A stretch of 64,000 bases of DNA, filler included, from Sphacelaria rigidula (GCA_964200075.2; 7 parts of 7 records of this genome joined end to end with filler, not necessarily neighbours in it); one strand, 5' to 3'. Shown: positions 26,941 to 39,010, counted from the first letter of the whole stretch. Numbers and translations: made by a program. The notes: a model not told the origin generated them from the sequence alone.

Positions 26941-27149
26941 CCCTTCTACAGCGGTGCGGGTAGTCCATCTGGATCATGCATACTCTTTTCAAGTCAACAT
27001 TGATGCCGATTCAGCTGGTGACCTACCCTCGCGGTCAAAGGGTTAATCCCTAGACCGCGAGGGTAGGTCAATTGCTGAATCGGCATCAATGTTCACTTGA
27101 AAAAAAATATGCGTGATCCAGATGGACTACCCGCACCGCTGTTTATGGG
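26941..27149. mobile_element. Two piggyBac-like MITEs in inverted orientation sharing a central TTAA
   Basis: TTAA|CCC..GGG|TTAA(27043-27046)|TCCC..GGG|TCAA; the two halves are approximate reverse complements. Confidence 0.85.
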
Positions 27150-27241
27150 TCAAGACACGCATGTTTTTTTTTCAAGGTGTCCTGATCTGGGGAAGTGTCA
27201 TCACGATTCAGGGGACCATAACTCACCATACCCGGTGTTAA

Positions 27242-27395
27242 CCCTTAGACGACGAGCGTCGCCTCGGAACAGTTGTACAGGCTGACAGTTCCGAGACATG
27301 CGGGGGTTGCCAGAGCTCGGGGGGGGGGGTGTCTCTCCGCGCAGCATCGGAGAAGCTCACGGGGTCAACCAAGTGTGTTCGGAAGTTTCCCGCGG
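27242..27395. mobile_element. Terminus of a piggyBac-like element cut by the contig end
   Basis: TTAA|CCCTTAGACGACGAG resembles the TIR of 25243-25339. Confidence 0.5.
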
Positions 27396-27495
27396 NNNNN
27401 NNNNNNNNNNNNNNNNNNNNNNNNNNNNNNNNNNNNNNNTTAATTAATTAANNNNNNNNNNNNNNNNNNNNNNNNNNNNNNNNNNNNNNNNNNNN
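27396..27495. other. Artificial contig spacer
   Basis: N44-TTAATTAATTAA-N44. Confidence 0.98.
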
Positions 27496-27734
27496 GCTCC
27501 ACGCACTTGCTATATTCGCAAATATCGGCCCTTGATACTTTACTGCCTTCAACGAAGGATCCGACAATCCTGTCCAATCAAAATTGACCACGTCCCATGA
27601 AGTAATAATATCTGAATATTTTCTACGGATATTCCCACTCGCATGTGGCCATACAGCCCTATCACTTTTTTTTCCCCATTCCGTTAAACGGGTGTTCCGC
27701 GATCCTGCTTTTCCTCAAGCTCGTTCCTTGAATC

Positions 27735-27844
27735 CACGGGTGGCCACTGGGGTGCACGTAATCTCAAATATGGATGTTACAGACCTTGTGCAACGTCTGT
27801 AACGTCCATATTTGAGATTGCAGGCACCCCAGTGGCCACCCGTG
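27735..27844. mobile_element. 110-bp palindromic MITE with CAC..GTG termini (CACTA/CMC-like)
   Basis: 50-bp arms, 46/50 complementary, 10-nt loop; flanked by TC on both sides. Confidence 0.7.
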
Positions 27845-28549
27845 TCCCAGGAACTTTACAACACTACATCGAACTGTTCATCAAGATCATACCGTACGCC
27901 ACTCATCAACTGATATCAGCTACTACTACTGTCTACGTACTAATCAATAACTGGCCATGGCTGCTTTCAATGTTTTTAGTCATGACGATCACAACTCTTC
28001 ATTCACTACAATACTGTTCTGTACCATGTATTCTTAACGTGACTGCGATTGTTTGCAACGAATGAGTGAACAGTTCAACGCCGTGCGGTGAGCTCTCTTG
28101 GCTGACGACAGGGGGGGGCGGGGAGTAACAACAACGAATACATCCAGAGAACGAGTCATCAAAATTCCAAGCATGTGAGAGGCTGGGCTGAACCTACAGC
28201 ACTCTCGTCGCGTAAAAAATATCTCGAAGATAAAAAAAGACTAAATGTTCAGGGGACACGGATAAAAACACTACATCGACAAGAAATATGACTAAGGGTA
28301 CTAGAAACGTAGTCACCCAGAGGGCGAACGTAACACAAAGAGACATGGTACCAGAACCAGTGAGGGGCTACAACGCAGCAAATGGGAGGTGGTCCGTTCG
28401 TGTACAACTGTATCGCTGTTATGTGCACAAAAGTACCGGACGAAAACAAAACTCCACAACAACGTACGGCAAAATTAGTGCAAGCGGTAAAGAAGAAGAC
28501 GTACGCCGAGGTACGCGTGTTGGACACCGCACGATAAGAAAACAGCCAA

Positions 28550-29571
28550 GGGGGGGGGGGGGGGGGGGGGGGGGCACTCATGTGTTGCTTGCCTTAGTCG
28601 TGTAACCACTGGCCACGCATCCCTTTCGAGACGGAGCCCCGTTCCTACTCCTAATAAAGACACCTCCAACATTCCGGCGCTTATTACGTTTCTTCCATAC
28701 ATCACACGAAAAACTTTCACATATCTTATCCCCGTCCTGTTGTAATGCGTGAGAGGACCGCGTGCTTAGAGGACCGCATCGGAATTTGAACATCCCTATG
28801 GTTAGGGTTAGCGTTAGGGTTCGGGTTGGTGTTGGTGTTAGGGGAATGGGCGTGATACCTGCAGGGACTGGCCTGATTCGTTTCGGAAAACGTCGATCCT
28901 GAGGTGTTTCGGACTACGGCGCGGTCCTCTAAGCACGCGGTCCTCTCACGCATTACACTGTTTCGCCGTCTGTGGCCACCATCCATTTCCTAGTATAGCC
29001 ATCGGTTTCTCCCTACTGTTCAATGTATCGAACGATTTCATGCCACCTTCGTTCACATCCGGCATTTCCCCCTCTAGCACGTCCCGTTCCTCCTTATATA
29101 GTTCACATTCTGTCACTATATGACTTCTACTCTCTTTTGCTTCGCCACAGAGGCAGTTCTGTCCATCTACTTCCTCCTCCTTTCGACTACTGGTATATCT
29201 TTTCCTTCTTCCTGGCAGGCCCAGGTCCCCCTCCCGAATTCGCAATTTCATCATTTTCGCCGCGTCCATTGGGCCATGCAGATATTCTTTCATCCCTGTC
29301 CCCTCTCTCAACCACCAGTATATCTCCAGGTGTTCTTCCTCGTCTACTTTGCGTCCGAGCGCACCTTTTCCCCTTATCTCTATCATATCTCTTACTTTTG
29401 CCTTGTACCCCGCGTCTTCACCTATGGACAGAGTTTCGTCTTGGTTTCCGCCTATCTCCTTCCATATATTGTCGACTTCTTCATCCCACCTTATCGCACG
29501 CCGTTTCGCACTCTTGTTCCATACAGCCCTATCAACTCTCGCGGGCAATATATTTCTCTGCACGTCCTTTA
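28550..29571 (-). mobile_element. 3' part of a LINE with C-terminal CCHC motif and C25 tail
   Basis: YLHGPMDAAK..CLCGEAKESRSHIVTEC..WWPQTAKQ|DGDKIC..KASNT*, then GTG and 25 C. Continues across the Copia insertion into 35623-36559. Confidence 0.9.
28741..28957. mobile_element. Ginger-like MITE, 217 bp, with internal TTAGGG-type repeats, inserted in the LINE
   Basis: Perfect 37-bp TIR TGTAATGCGTGAGAGGACCGCGTGCTTAGAGGACCGC; TSD CTGT; removing it restores the LINE frame WWPQTAKQDGDKIC. Confidence 0.88.
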
Positions 29572-32500
29572 TGTTGCAAATTTAGGTCAGTCTAAGTTCT
29601 TTGTGTGTGATTGAAATCGCCGCTCCAAGTTACTGTACGGCATAAGCGGCACGACTGAATGTTATTTGTTACGGGTTAGCTGAAACTGTAAACCATGTAT
29701 GTGTCGTTTCACTGTACCTTTTTCATGGTAATATAGGGTACGTTTTAGGATCTTTTTGGTTTAGGTACAGCTTTGGGTTTTGTCCAGAGAGTGGAAAGTA
29801 TGGAGGCTCGCTCTCGCTCGCTCCTCGCTTCTCACTCTTCCCAGCAACCCAGTTTTGCTTCCACAGCTCTCTCTTGCAAAAGAGGCCGTTTGATATTTTA
29901 GGCCAGAAGCGCCGAACTAAACTATCTTGATTTACTACACAGGCTCCTCGCAAGTAGCTTTACCGCTACAGTGCAAGCCTCTGCTTAACTGTTCAGTGCC
30001 AGCGAATAGTTTCCAACCGGTTTTGAGCCTTCGATTCGCGTCCACATAGGTCAACAGGTTTTCAGCCTCGGTTCGCGACCACACAGGCCATCACGTGCCT
30101 TCGGTTCGCCACCACGTAGGTCTTCGGGTCATCAGCCTTCGAGTCAAGACTACATTGGTCAGCACAAGCGAGGAGGTGTCATATCAAGGTCGCCACAGCA
30201 ACGACAATTAAGAGTCCAAGACCCCTGATCTTTCCAAAAGATCTTCAGGTGTGAAGAGAATAGTTTTATGACTAACGTGAGGCAGATGAATATGTCGGGA
30301 GAGCCATCTGTAACTCAGCTCATCAAAATCATCAACAAGTTCGACGGTGCAAAGTTCGTCGAGTGGATGCGCTCCACGCGCGCTATCATTGCTTTAACTC
30401 ATCCGGGGATTGCGGATATCCTTAACGAGGTCGAACGCCCCGCGGAATTAGAAGAAGATTTCTCTGAGGTAGATCTTCCACAACCAGCTGCCACAAGACC
30501 TACCCCTGCTAGAACTCGTTCTCAAACCACCTCAGTCGTCCGTTCGACCGCACTTCTTATCGGCGGAGGCAACCGAGGGGGACGAGACGATTAGAGCGGT
30601 GCAGGGGACTGGACCTACCGAAGAATACCGTCATTTTTCACGAGAATCTCGTTCTCCTAGCGTGGTGTCACATGTAAGACGGGTTTCTAACACGCGTGAG
30701 ATAGAAAGTTGGGACCGATGCAATCAACAATTGTTCCACGTCTTGTATCTGTCTACAACAACTGGTCCTGCAGCAAGTTATTTGTTGCGTTTCCAGCCGA
30801 AGGGTTCAGAGAGACCAAACGGCAAACGTGCATGGGAAGCTTTGATTTCCAAGTATCAAAATTCTTCGAAGCAGAGAATCAGGATCTTGATGAGAGATCT
30901 CAACAGCGTCATTATGTCACCAAGGCAAGACCCTGATACTTTCTTGAGCAAAGCGTATCAGCTTCGGGACGAACTGGACAACGTTGGCGCGGCAATTTCC
31001 GAAGAAAGGCTGACTGACACAGTGATCGAAGATTTAACAAGTGAGTATGACCTCATCAAGTACAATGCGGAGCGTGATCCAGATATCAGTATTCAGAGCA
31101 TCGAAACAACAATGCGAAATTTGTATGCTAATCGCATGGCGCGGATATTTACCTCCGGGAAATCGCATGGCCGCGATTCATCACTGCTGTTAACATCATC
31201 ACTGTCGAAATCGTTGAATCAACCCCAGGAATTCCGTGGAAATTGCTACACCTGCGGGAAACTAGGACATCAGGCCAGAGACTGTCGCTCGCAAATGCAG
31301 TCAAATAATGGGAACAGGCCTGCAAAATGGTGCAGTTTCCATCATACTGACAAGCATGACGATTCTGATTGTAGATCCCAACAGAGCCGCGGGAATGCGA
31401 CCAACAACACTGGAAACAACCACAATAGCCATCATCATCGTGGAAACCCCCGCCATCGAAATAACAACCGTGACAACAGCAGCAACAACAACACCAGTAG
31501 GAGCAACCACAACAGCAACATCGGCAGCAACAACTCCAACGGACATCAACGCCAAGCCAACACAGCCATCGCCGATCCAGCTTCTACAACCGTACCATCG
31601 AACAACATCGGCCTGGAAACTTCTTCATCAACAGCTACGATAGTGATAGATACATCGTCACCACCAAACGGTAAGGGATTTTCTTTTCTTTTTGGTTCAC
31701 ATGTCACTGATACATCCGATTAAATTTCTGTTCAGTTGACAGTGGATAGCGGCAGCACCGGACATTTTTTGGATGATCAGTTGCTACCCGATATCGAACG
31801 TGAAATCGTCGAGCTGGTCAAACTCGATCCACCGATGACTATATTCACAGCGGGACGCCATCTACTACATGGTACAGCAAAAGAAGTGCTGAACACCGTG
31901 GTCACTGACTCTGAGGGGTACCAACGTTCTGTACTGCTCCCAGCCGTAACTGTCCCAGGTTTGGGGAAGCATCTGTTTTCCCCTGTGCAAGCTCTTGCGA
32001 AGGGCGCTTCGACAATATTTTCGCACGAGTCCCATATCGATCTCGGAAAGTTTAAAGTGCCAATCAACAGGGACAGCAACGGAGCGTTACAGTTCATCAG
32101 CGTGAGAGTTTCTCGGAAACCGGGTAACATTAGTAACAGCTCAGCATTTACAGCTACAATTATATCAGGAGAACCTATGGGCATAGGGTCAGCCATTCAT
32201 TGTTGCTGAAGCCATTCACCACGACATGCCGGGAATTTCAGCAGCCATGTCTGCCACCGCGGGAGCAGAATCGACAGCTTTGACTACCGTGACAGGAGCA
32301 GACATTTGGCATAAGCGACTTGGACATCCCACGGAGCAGGTCATGCGCCGTCTACTGAATATTCCTGATTCAGGTGTGAACTTTGAGGGGTCACTGTCAC
32401 CTTGTGTAACGTGAAAGCTTAATAAAAGTGTACAGCAGGACCACCCAAAGACTGTAGACTCCACGAAAAATTCGGAACGGCTGCAATTGGTCAGTGCTGA

Positions 32501-35500
32501 CCTAACAGGGCCGATTACGCCTATGGCGCAGGGCGGCTACCGCTACATGGCAAAATTTACGTATCACTTCTCGCGATTCAAGGTAGTTTACTTCATCAAA
32601 ACGAAGGATGAGACCCAAACTACACTCTGCAGGTTCATCCAAGATTTGGTTATTCCTTTAGGACTCCGTGTACACCGTCTGCGGTCAGACCCGTGGGGGT
32701 GAATACATCGCGGGCTATTTTAATAAGTACTGCAAGACTACGGGCATCCGTCAAGAGTGCACCAGTCCATATACTCCTCAGCAGAATGGCACCAGTAAAA
32801 GAGACGGGCGGAGCATCTTGAACGTTACACGTTGTCTCCTGAACGAACCGAATTTGCCAAAATTTCTTTGGGGAGAAATTGCTGCAACTGCGGTCATTTT
32901 AATCAATCGCCTGCCGCACACGAGCATCGGCAGTGATACACCATATTTTTGAATGTTTCTCAAGCAACCGAAGCTATCATCCTTGCGGACAATCGGCTCG
33001 AGGGCGTTTGTGCACAGGGAACGTCATCACAGTAAGTTAGAAGAAAAGGTTTGGGAAGGAGTGCTAGTGGGGTATGATTCCGAGAGTCCATCGTACCGCA
33101 TTTACAACCGCTACTCGGGGAAAATATCCAGCTCTAGAAACATCACTTTCATCGAACAAGTAACAGGAGCTCCTTGCAGTGATGAAGATTTTTCGACATT
33201 GGATATCCAGGAACCCGATTTATTTGCACTTGATCAGGAACAACACGACGACATCAATAAGTTCAACATAAATATTTACGATGGTATAGCTCAGCTAGAG
33301 GGCAGCACCACGGAGGGCAATTCACCGACTACAGGGCCGCCTATCGCCCAAAGGAGGTTGCGTTCAGCCGGTGATCCCAATCACCATCCTCCTAGACCCG
33401 TTAAGAAACGGTGAGCCAGTGAGCTGAAGTGACCAGCTTTCATGTCTTCTGCGGGTCAGCATACTGCAGCGACACTGGAAACGGTATGTCAATACGTAGG
33501 TACTGTTGGAGTTGAAGAGGTTGCACCACCCGCGTCAATTACAGTACCCACCAACTATCGACAGGCATCGAGCTCACCATGCTCGAAGAAGTGGAAAAGC
33601 AGCCATGCTGGACGGACTTCGAAGTATCAAGAGTCATGATGTAGCCGATATCATCCCGGCCAGCTCTATTCCCAGCAACAACAACATCATCAGTACAAGG
33701 TAACAGTATTCCGGAAACAACCGCCTGGCTTCGAGGCGTTCGACCCAAAGACAGGAGAACCTCAAGCTATGGTAATGCCGGACTTCTGGGGAAAATGCGA
33801 TCAACAACGCGGACGTTATTTTTTCTGTCTAACGGGCTAGTTCATTTCACTTCGAGCTTACAACGTATACCAGCCACTTCAACGACAGAAGCCGAGTTAA
33901 TTGCCCTTTCGAAATGCGGCAAATTCGGAACGTATCTCTTCAATCTGATACGAGAGCTTGGATGGTCATCTATTGAGCCCGCGACTATGTACTCGGATTC
34001 ACAAGGCGCACTTCATCTGTCTTCAAACGCCAACTTCAGCACCAGCTCGAAACACCTGGCGATACGATTCCTTCATTTAAAATATATGATTCGAGCCGGA
34101 CAACTAAGGATAAACTATGTACGATCTTCGGAACAATTAGCAGATCTTCTTACCAAAAGCTGTGATAGAATCGTACATCAGAGACTGTTGAAGGCCATAA
34201 CCGAATTTGGGAGATAACGGATATTAATCCTGCAGGATATTTATCTTCAGCATCATCGTCAACGCTCAACCAAGATCATCTTCGTCAACGCCCAACTTCG
34301 ATCATCATCGTCAATGCTCAACTTCGATCATCATCGTCAATGCTCAACTTCGATCATCATCGTCAACGCTAAACTTCGATCATCATCGTCACCGGAGTTT
34401 GAGGAACTTGATTTTGTTTGTTTTTTTCTGTTAAGAAATCTGATTAAGTGAAAGAACCCAAGTAGGTGTAAGATGCCTGTAGTACTTGTACATTACATAG
34501 AGAACGCGCGGCAAAATTACCTGCGTCAGGTGAATTTGTTTTGATTGCTTTTTTTGTTTTATTCGAGTGCAGTCTCAATCTCCAGAGGAGCATGCTGAAA
34601 TTACAGTGTGCAGACTCCTGCATTTATGATACAAGGTCCAGAAAACACGCTACAGGAACAATGCGTGCAACGACCTCTAGGTTCGCGATGTTCTTTCCGT
34701 CCTTGCCTACTTTGTCCTGTTTTTTCTCCCTTTTGGGAAGGGTGCTTTTTGAGGGGGGAGAGAGAGTCGGGAAACATATTTGGCATCTGTAAGTTGTCGT
34801 TGATTGCTACATCGTCACATGATGAAAACATTCCACGGTTTGATGTTACCACATAATTGTTTTTGGTTGCTCACTTCTTTTGTAGCTCACGGAAATCTGA
34901 TGCACATGCAAACACATGCGCATGTGAGCGGAGATTTGGAACAGTAACTAGTTTATTTTTCTCAAATTGGTCTATCGGTTAAGTCGTTTTTACAGTATAG
35001 GCATGAGTTGTACAACAGTACGAGTGCGTATCTCGACGATTGACTTTGTGTACCATCAGTACTACATAGTTCGGCTGATTGTATAGTATTCGCTTGCTAC
35101 ACATAGCATATGAGGTACACTATTTTTCTTTGATAGCGACATGTCAATCACGGGGGAGTGTTGCAAATTTAGACAGGGCAGTCTAAGTTCTTTGTGTGTG
35201 ATTGAAATCGCCGCTCCAAGTTACTGTACGGCATAAGCGGCACGACTGAATGTTATTTGTTACGGGTCAGCTGAAACTGTAAACCATGTATGTGTCGTTT
35301 CACTGTACCTTTTTCATGGTAATATAGGGTACGTTTTAGGATCTTTTTGGTTTAGGTACAGCTTTGGGTTTTGTCCAGAGAGTGGAAAGTATGGAGGCTC
35401 GCTCTCGCTCGCCCCTCGCTTCTCACTCTTCCCAGCAACCCAGTTTTGCTTCCACAGCTCTCTCTTGCAAAAGAGGCCGTTTGATATTTTAGGCCAGAAG

Positions 35501-35622
35501 CGCCGAACTAAACTATCTTGATTTACTACACAGGCTCCTCGCAAGTAGCTTTACCGCTACAGTGCAAGCCTCTGCTTAACTGTCCAGTGAGACAGTGCCG
35601 TGCCAGCGAATAATTTCTAACA
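29572..35622 (+). mobile_element. Ty1/Copia LTR retrotransposon with both LTRs; decayed, RT deleted
   Basis: 5' LTR 29572-30018, 3' LTR 35159-35622, TSD CTTTA, PBS-like GGTTTTGAGCC, PPT GGGGGAG. Gag with knuckle CYTCGKLGHQARDC, protease VDSGSTGH, WHKRLGHP, integrase DLTGP/YTPQQNG, RNase H STTEAELIAL..QLADLLTK. Several stops and frameshifts. Confidence 0.97.
34251..34391 (+). repeat. 26-bp tandem repeat, about 5.5 copies, in the Copia 3' region
   Basis: CATCATCGTCAAYGCTCAACTTCGAT repeated. Confidence 0.9.
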
Positions 35623-36559
35623 CTTTACGCTATACTGCCACCGCAATTTTCTCATGTTTATGTTTGTTTTAAGTGAGTATATTCCCAACTCTGCTCTCAA
35701 AACTGTATTACTCGTCGTTTTCGAGCATCCAAGTATTTTCTTAGCTTCTATCATCTGCACTGTTTCCAACCTCTCCACAAACTTCACATTCCCCTCCCAT
35801 GCTTCTCCTGCATATTCCAGCTTAGGTACGATCACGTTCATCAGGATACACCTTTTGATCCTAGTGTCTAGGCGCGGGTCTCCGAGGATCACGTCCAGCT
35901 TGCCTATTTGTACCTTGCCCTTTTCTATTACTTTGTTTATGTGTGCATCCCAAGAACAGTTTCTTGGTATGTCTACGCCAAGGTATGTACACTGGTCTAC
36001 GATCGGCAGTTCCTCTTTTCCCTACTTCCATTTGAACTCTACCAGATTTTTCTTATCTTCGTTGCAGACGAGTACCGCGCATTTGTTGACTTTCGCTGTC
36101 ACTCTCCATTTACTAGTGTATTCTAGCGCCTTGTGTCTCTGTGTCTGTAGTCCTTCTGGTGTCCCTGAAATTCCCACAAAATCATCCGCGAATATTAATC
36201 CTGATAGCATATCTTCACTCACCTTGACTCCTTGCTTTGCGTCTTCTATTACTATATTCAAGACATTATTAAATACCTCGAACAAAGTGGGTGATAGCGT
36301 ACATCCTTGTGCAACTCCTTGTAAGATATCGAAATATTGCGATATTTCCCCGTCTAGCATCATGGCACTTTTGGCACATTCTGTCATCTCCTTCACCATT
36401 TTCCACATCTTCCCTCCGATCCCAGCTTTCCACAACGTTTTCCATGACCATCTCTCCATACTGTGTCATAAACCTTCGGCACGTCTAGGAAGAAACAGTA
36501 CGTTGTCCGCCCGGTGTCTTTCCTACCCTGAATAATCTTTCTTAGCGGGTTCACATGAG
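35623..36559 (-). mobile_element. LINE reverse transcriptase region (5' part of the element at 28550-29571)
   Basis: GVAQGCTLSPTLF, GLIFADDFVG, NVIVPKLEYAGEAW; RKLRWQYSVK joins DVQRNILPARV across the Copia. Confidence 0.92.
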
Positions 36560-36659
36560 NNNNNNNNNNNNNNNNNNNNNNNNNNNNNNNNNNNNNNNNN
36601 NNNTTAATTAATTAANNNNNNNNNNNNNNNNNNNNNNNNNNNNNNNNNNNNNNNNNNNN
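36560..36659. other. Artificial contig spacer
   Basis: N44-TTAATTAATTAA-N44. Confidence 0.98.
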
Positions 36660-38446
36660 AACGACGATCTGACACGAAATTTCGAGCAACAAATGGCCCA
36701 AAATACCTCCCCCCCTATCGTAGGATGGCTCTTTATTCTATTCCATTATATTCTCCATTATATTTTTATCCGCTATTTTACGTCCTTATTTTGTTTTTGA
36801 GGTTTCGGAATTGCACACGAACATCGGAAAAGCACCCACTAATACTACGCCCCCCGTCCGCCCCTGCCACTTTTGCTGTTCGATTTTGCCCGCTCCTGTC
36901 GCCCAGAACGCGCCTGCGCAATGCCGCGAGTCATATCATGGTCGTTGGTATCGCATCATACCATGTTTATTTCCTCTACCGCTCGTATTTTATGCTGTTG
37001 AATTTTTTCTCTTTCGCTATCAACTGTTTTATACTGGTGATCCCCTCCCTCATCGTCTGTATTTAGCCGTCGTAGCCCACGGCGCACTATTTGCGTAATT
37101 TTCTCCTTTCACCGACTCAATGACTTTTCCCCCCTTTTTTTTCCCCCCTGTCTGCCGTAGGGCACCCCTTGATTTTCTGCCGTTCTTATCCTCTCTTTCT
37201 ACATTTTCAGTTATATTCTCTCTACTCCCCGTGGCAATTTTACTCTACAGCCGTCTTCGCCATTTATTTTCGCTACTTTCATGTTGTAATCGTACAGCCC
37301 CGCCCATACATGGTGTTTTTTTCGTAAATATTTTGTTAGAGCCATTGCCTGATGCACGAAAGTACACCCCAGATACATTTGTCCTGAGAAGCTCGGTGGT
37401 AAACTCCAGGGACGACCACTAAGCGCAACGAAAGCCAGCTCGGGATAACGGGTGAGATCGGGCATCGACAGGTTTCCACCAGTCGTAGCCAATGGTGGCT
37501 TGCTAGACATCTGAGAAGATGGTGTAACCATATATATGGAAGGTGTAGCGTACGGTTAACAGGCGCGTGAGACGGAGAAACGGGAGCTGGTAGGCGTCCT
37601 GCTGGGCTCTGGACACCGGGTTGTTCTCCACGGACCCGAAGCAGGTTCTGGTCACCATCAACAGTGAGCTACGAATACCCCATTGTTCGAGAGTACTGTA
37701 CTCCATTCGCAGCAAATCAACGCCACCTTTTTTGTCGAGTAGCATCACGTAGCTCCCCAAGTGGTAGACCCGAGACTGCCCGAACAGCACCGATCAAGGT
37801 TCCGTAACAGGTGTGAGTACTGGTCATTCCGCACAGTTAGCGAAGGAACGAAGGTAGGCGAAGTGCTCTCCGCAGGGGGGGACACGCCTACTTCATCCGA
37901 CAGACCTCGAACTGGACACAGTGGCGAATGATCGTGCTCTGTAAACCCTGACCAACGCATCCAATCTGATCGCCAGCAAGGAGATCCTTTGCGAGAAGAG
38001 ATGCAATCGAATCTGAGGGGGGTGTACTCACTTGTTGCTTGCCTTAGTCGTTCGACCATTGACCACGTATCCCTTTCGAGACGGAGCACCGCTCCTACTC
38101 CTAATATAGACAATTTCAACATTCCGGCGCGCCTTAAGCTTCTTCCATAGATCATTCAGGTTTTCCCATACTCTGCGCAAAAACGTTTTACGTAACTAAT
38201 ACATCAGACGATTTCATGCTTCCTTCGTTCGCGTTCCGCATTCCCCCTCTAGCACGTGCTGTTCCTCCTTGTACAGTTCACATTGCGCCACTTTATGACT
38301 CCTGCTCTCGATTGCTTTGCCACAAAGGTAGTTTTGTCTATCAACTTCCTCCTTTTTCCGATTACTGGTATACTTCTTTCGTTTTTTTCTGTTCCTCCTC
38401 TTTCTCAGCGCGTGTTTCAGTTTCGTTATTCGTGGGTACATCTATC

Positions 38447-38518
38447 ATGAGACCACGACTGGACTCCTGGGGGGTCAGTTGAAGTGCGACAATCAAATCA
38501 ATCAATCAATGAATCATT
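38447..38518 (+). mobile_element. Short 3' end of a (CAAT)n-tailed retroposon
   Basis: GACCACGACTGG..TCAGTTGAAGTGCGACAATCAAATCAATCAATC; related to 10363-10416 and 44511-44604. Confidence 0.7.
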
Positions 38519-38751
38519 CCAGCAGGCCCGAGCATCCAAATATCTTCTTGGCTGCTGTTCTCTGTATTGTTTCTAGCTTCTTCACCAATTTTACGTTCCA
38601 CTCCCATACTTCTCCTGCATATTCCAGCTGTGGTACGATCAAGTTCATCAAGATGCATATCTCAATCCTGGTGTCCGGGTGCGGGTCTCTGAGGATCACG
38701 TTCATCCTTCCTATCTGTGCCTTACCCTTTTATATTACCTTGTCAATTTGT

Positions 38752-39010
38752 GAATGATGCTGCGATAGGATCAGCACTTTCACGGCCTGAGAGTAGAATT
38801 GTTAGGAACCCTTTATCTCACCCAAAACACGACTTTCGAAATAGGTGAGAGTACGCCAGGGTTTTTCTTCCAATTTGCTAGGGATATCCCGAATGAATTT
38901 GCAAACGGGGATATCCTGACCCATAATCTTGAGTAGTTCATAATTTTTAGGAACCCCTGAATCAGGCCGGTTTTGGCCCCAAACGTGCAGACCCTATCGC
39001 AGCATCACTC
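38752..39010. mobile_element. Sola2-like MITE inserted in the LINE
   Basis: TIR GAATGATGCTGCGATAGG / CCTATCGCAGCATCACTC; TSD TTGT; homologous to 20209-20465. Confidence 0.8.

Noticed and set aside
28800..28843. True telomere or chromosome fusion site
   Set aside because: Short, degenerate and enclosed by TIRs and a TSD.
29723..29953. 76-aa ORF duplicated identically at 35314-35544
   Set aside because: Antisense ORF inside the two Copia LTRs.
34251..34391. CRISPR-like array
   Set aside because: Units are head-to-tail without unique spacers, lie inside a Copia, and there are no cas genes.
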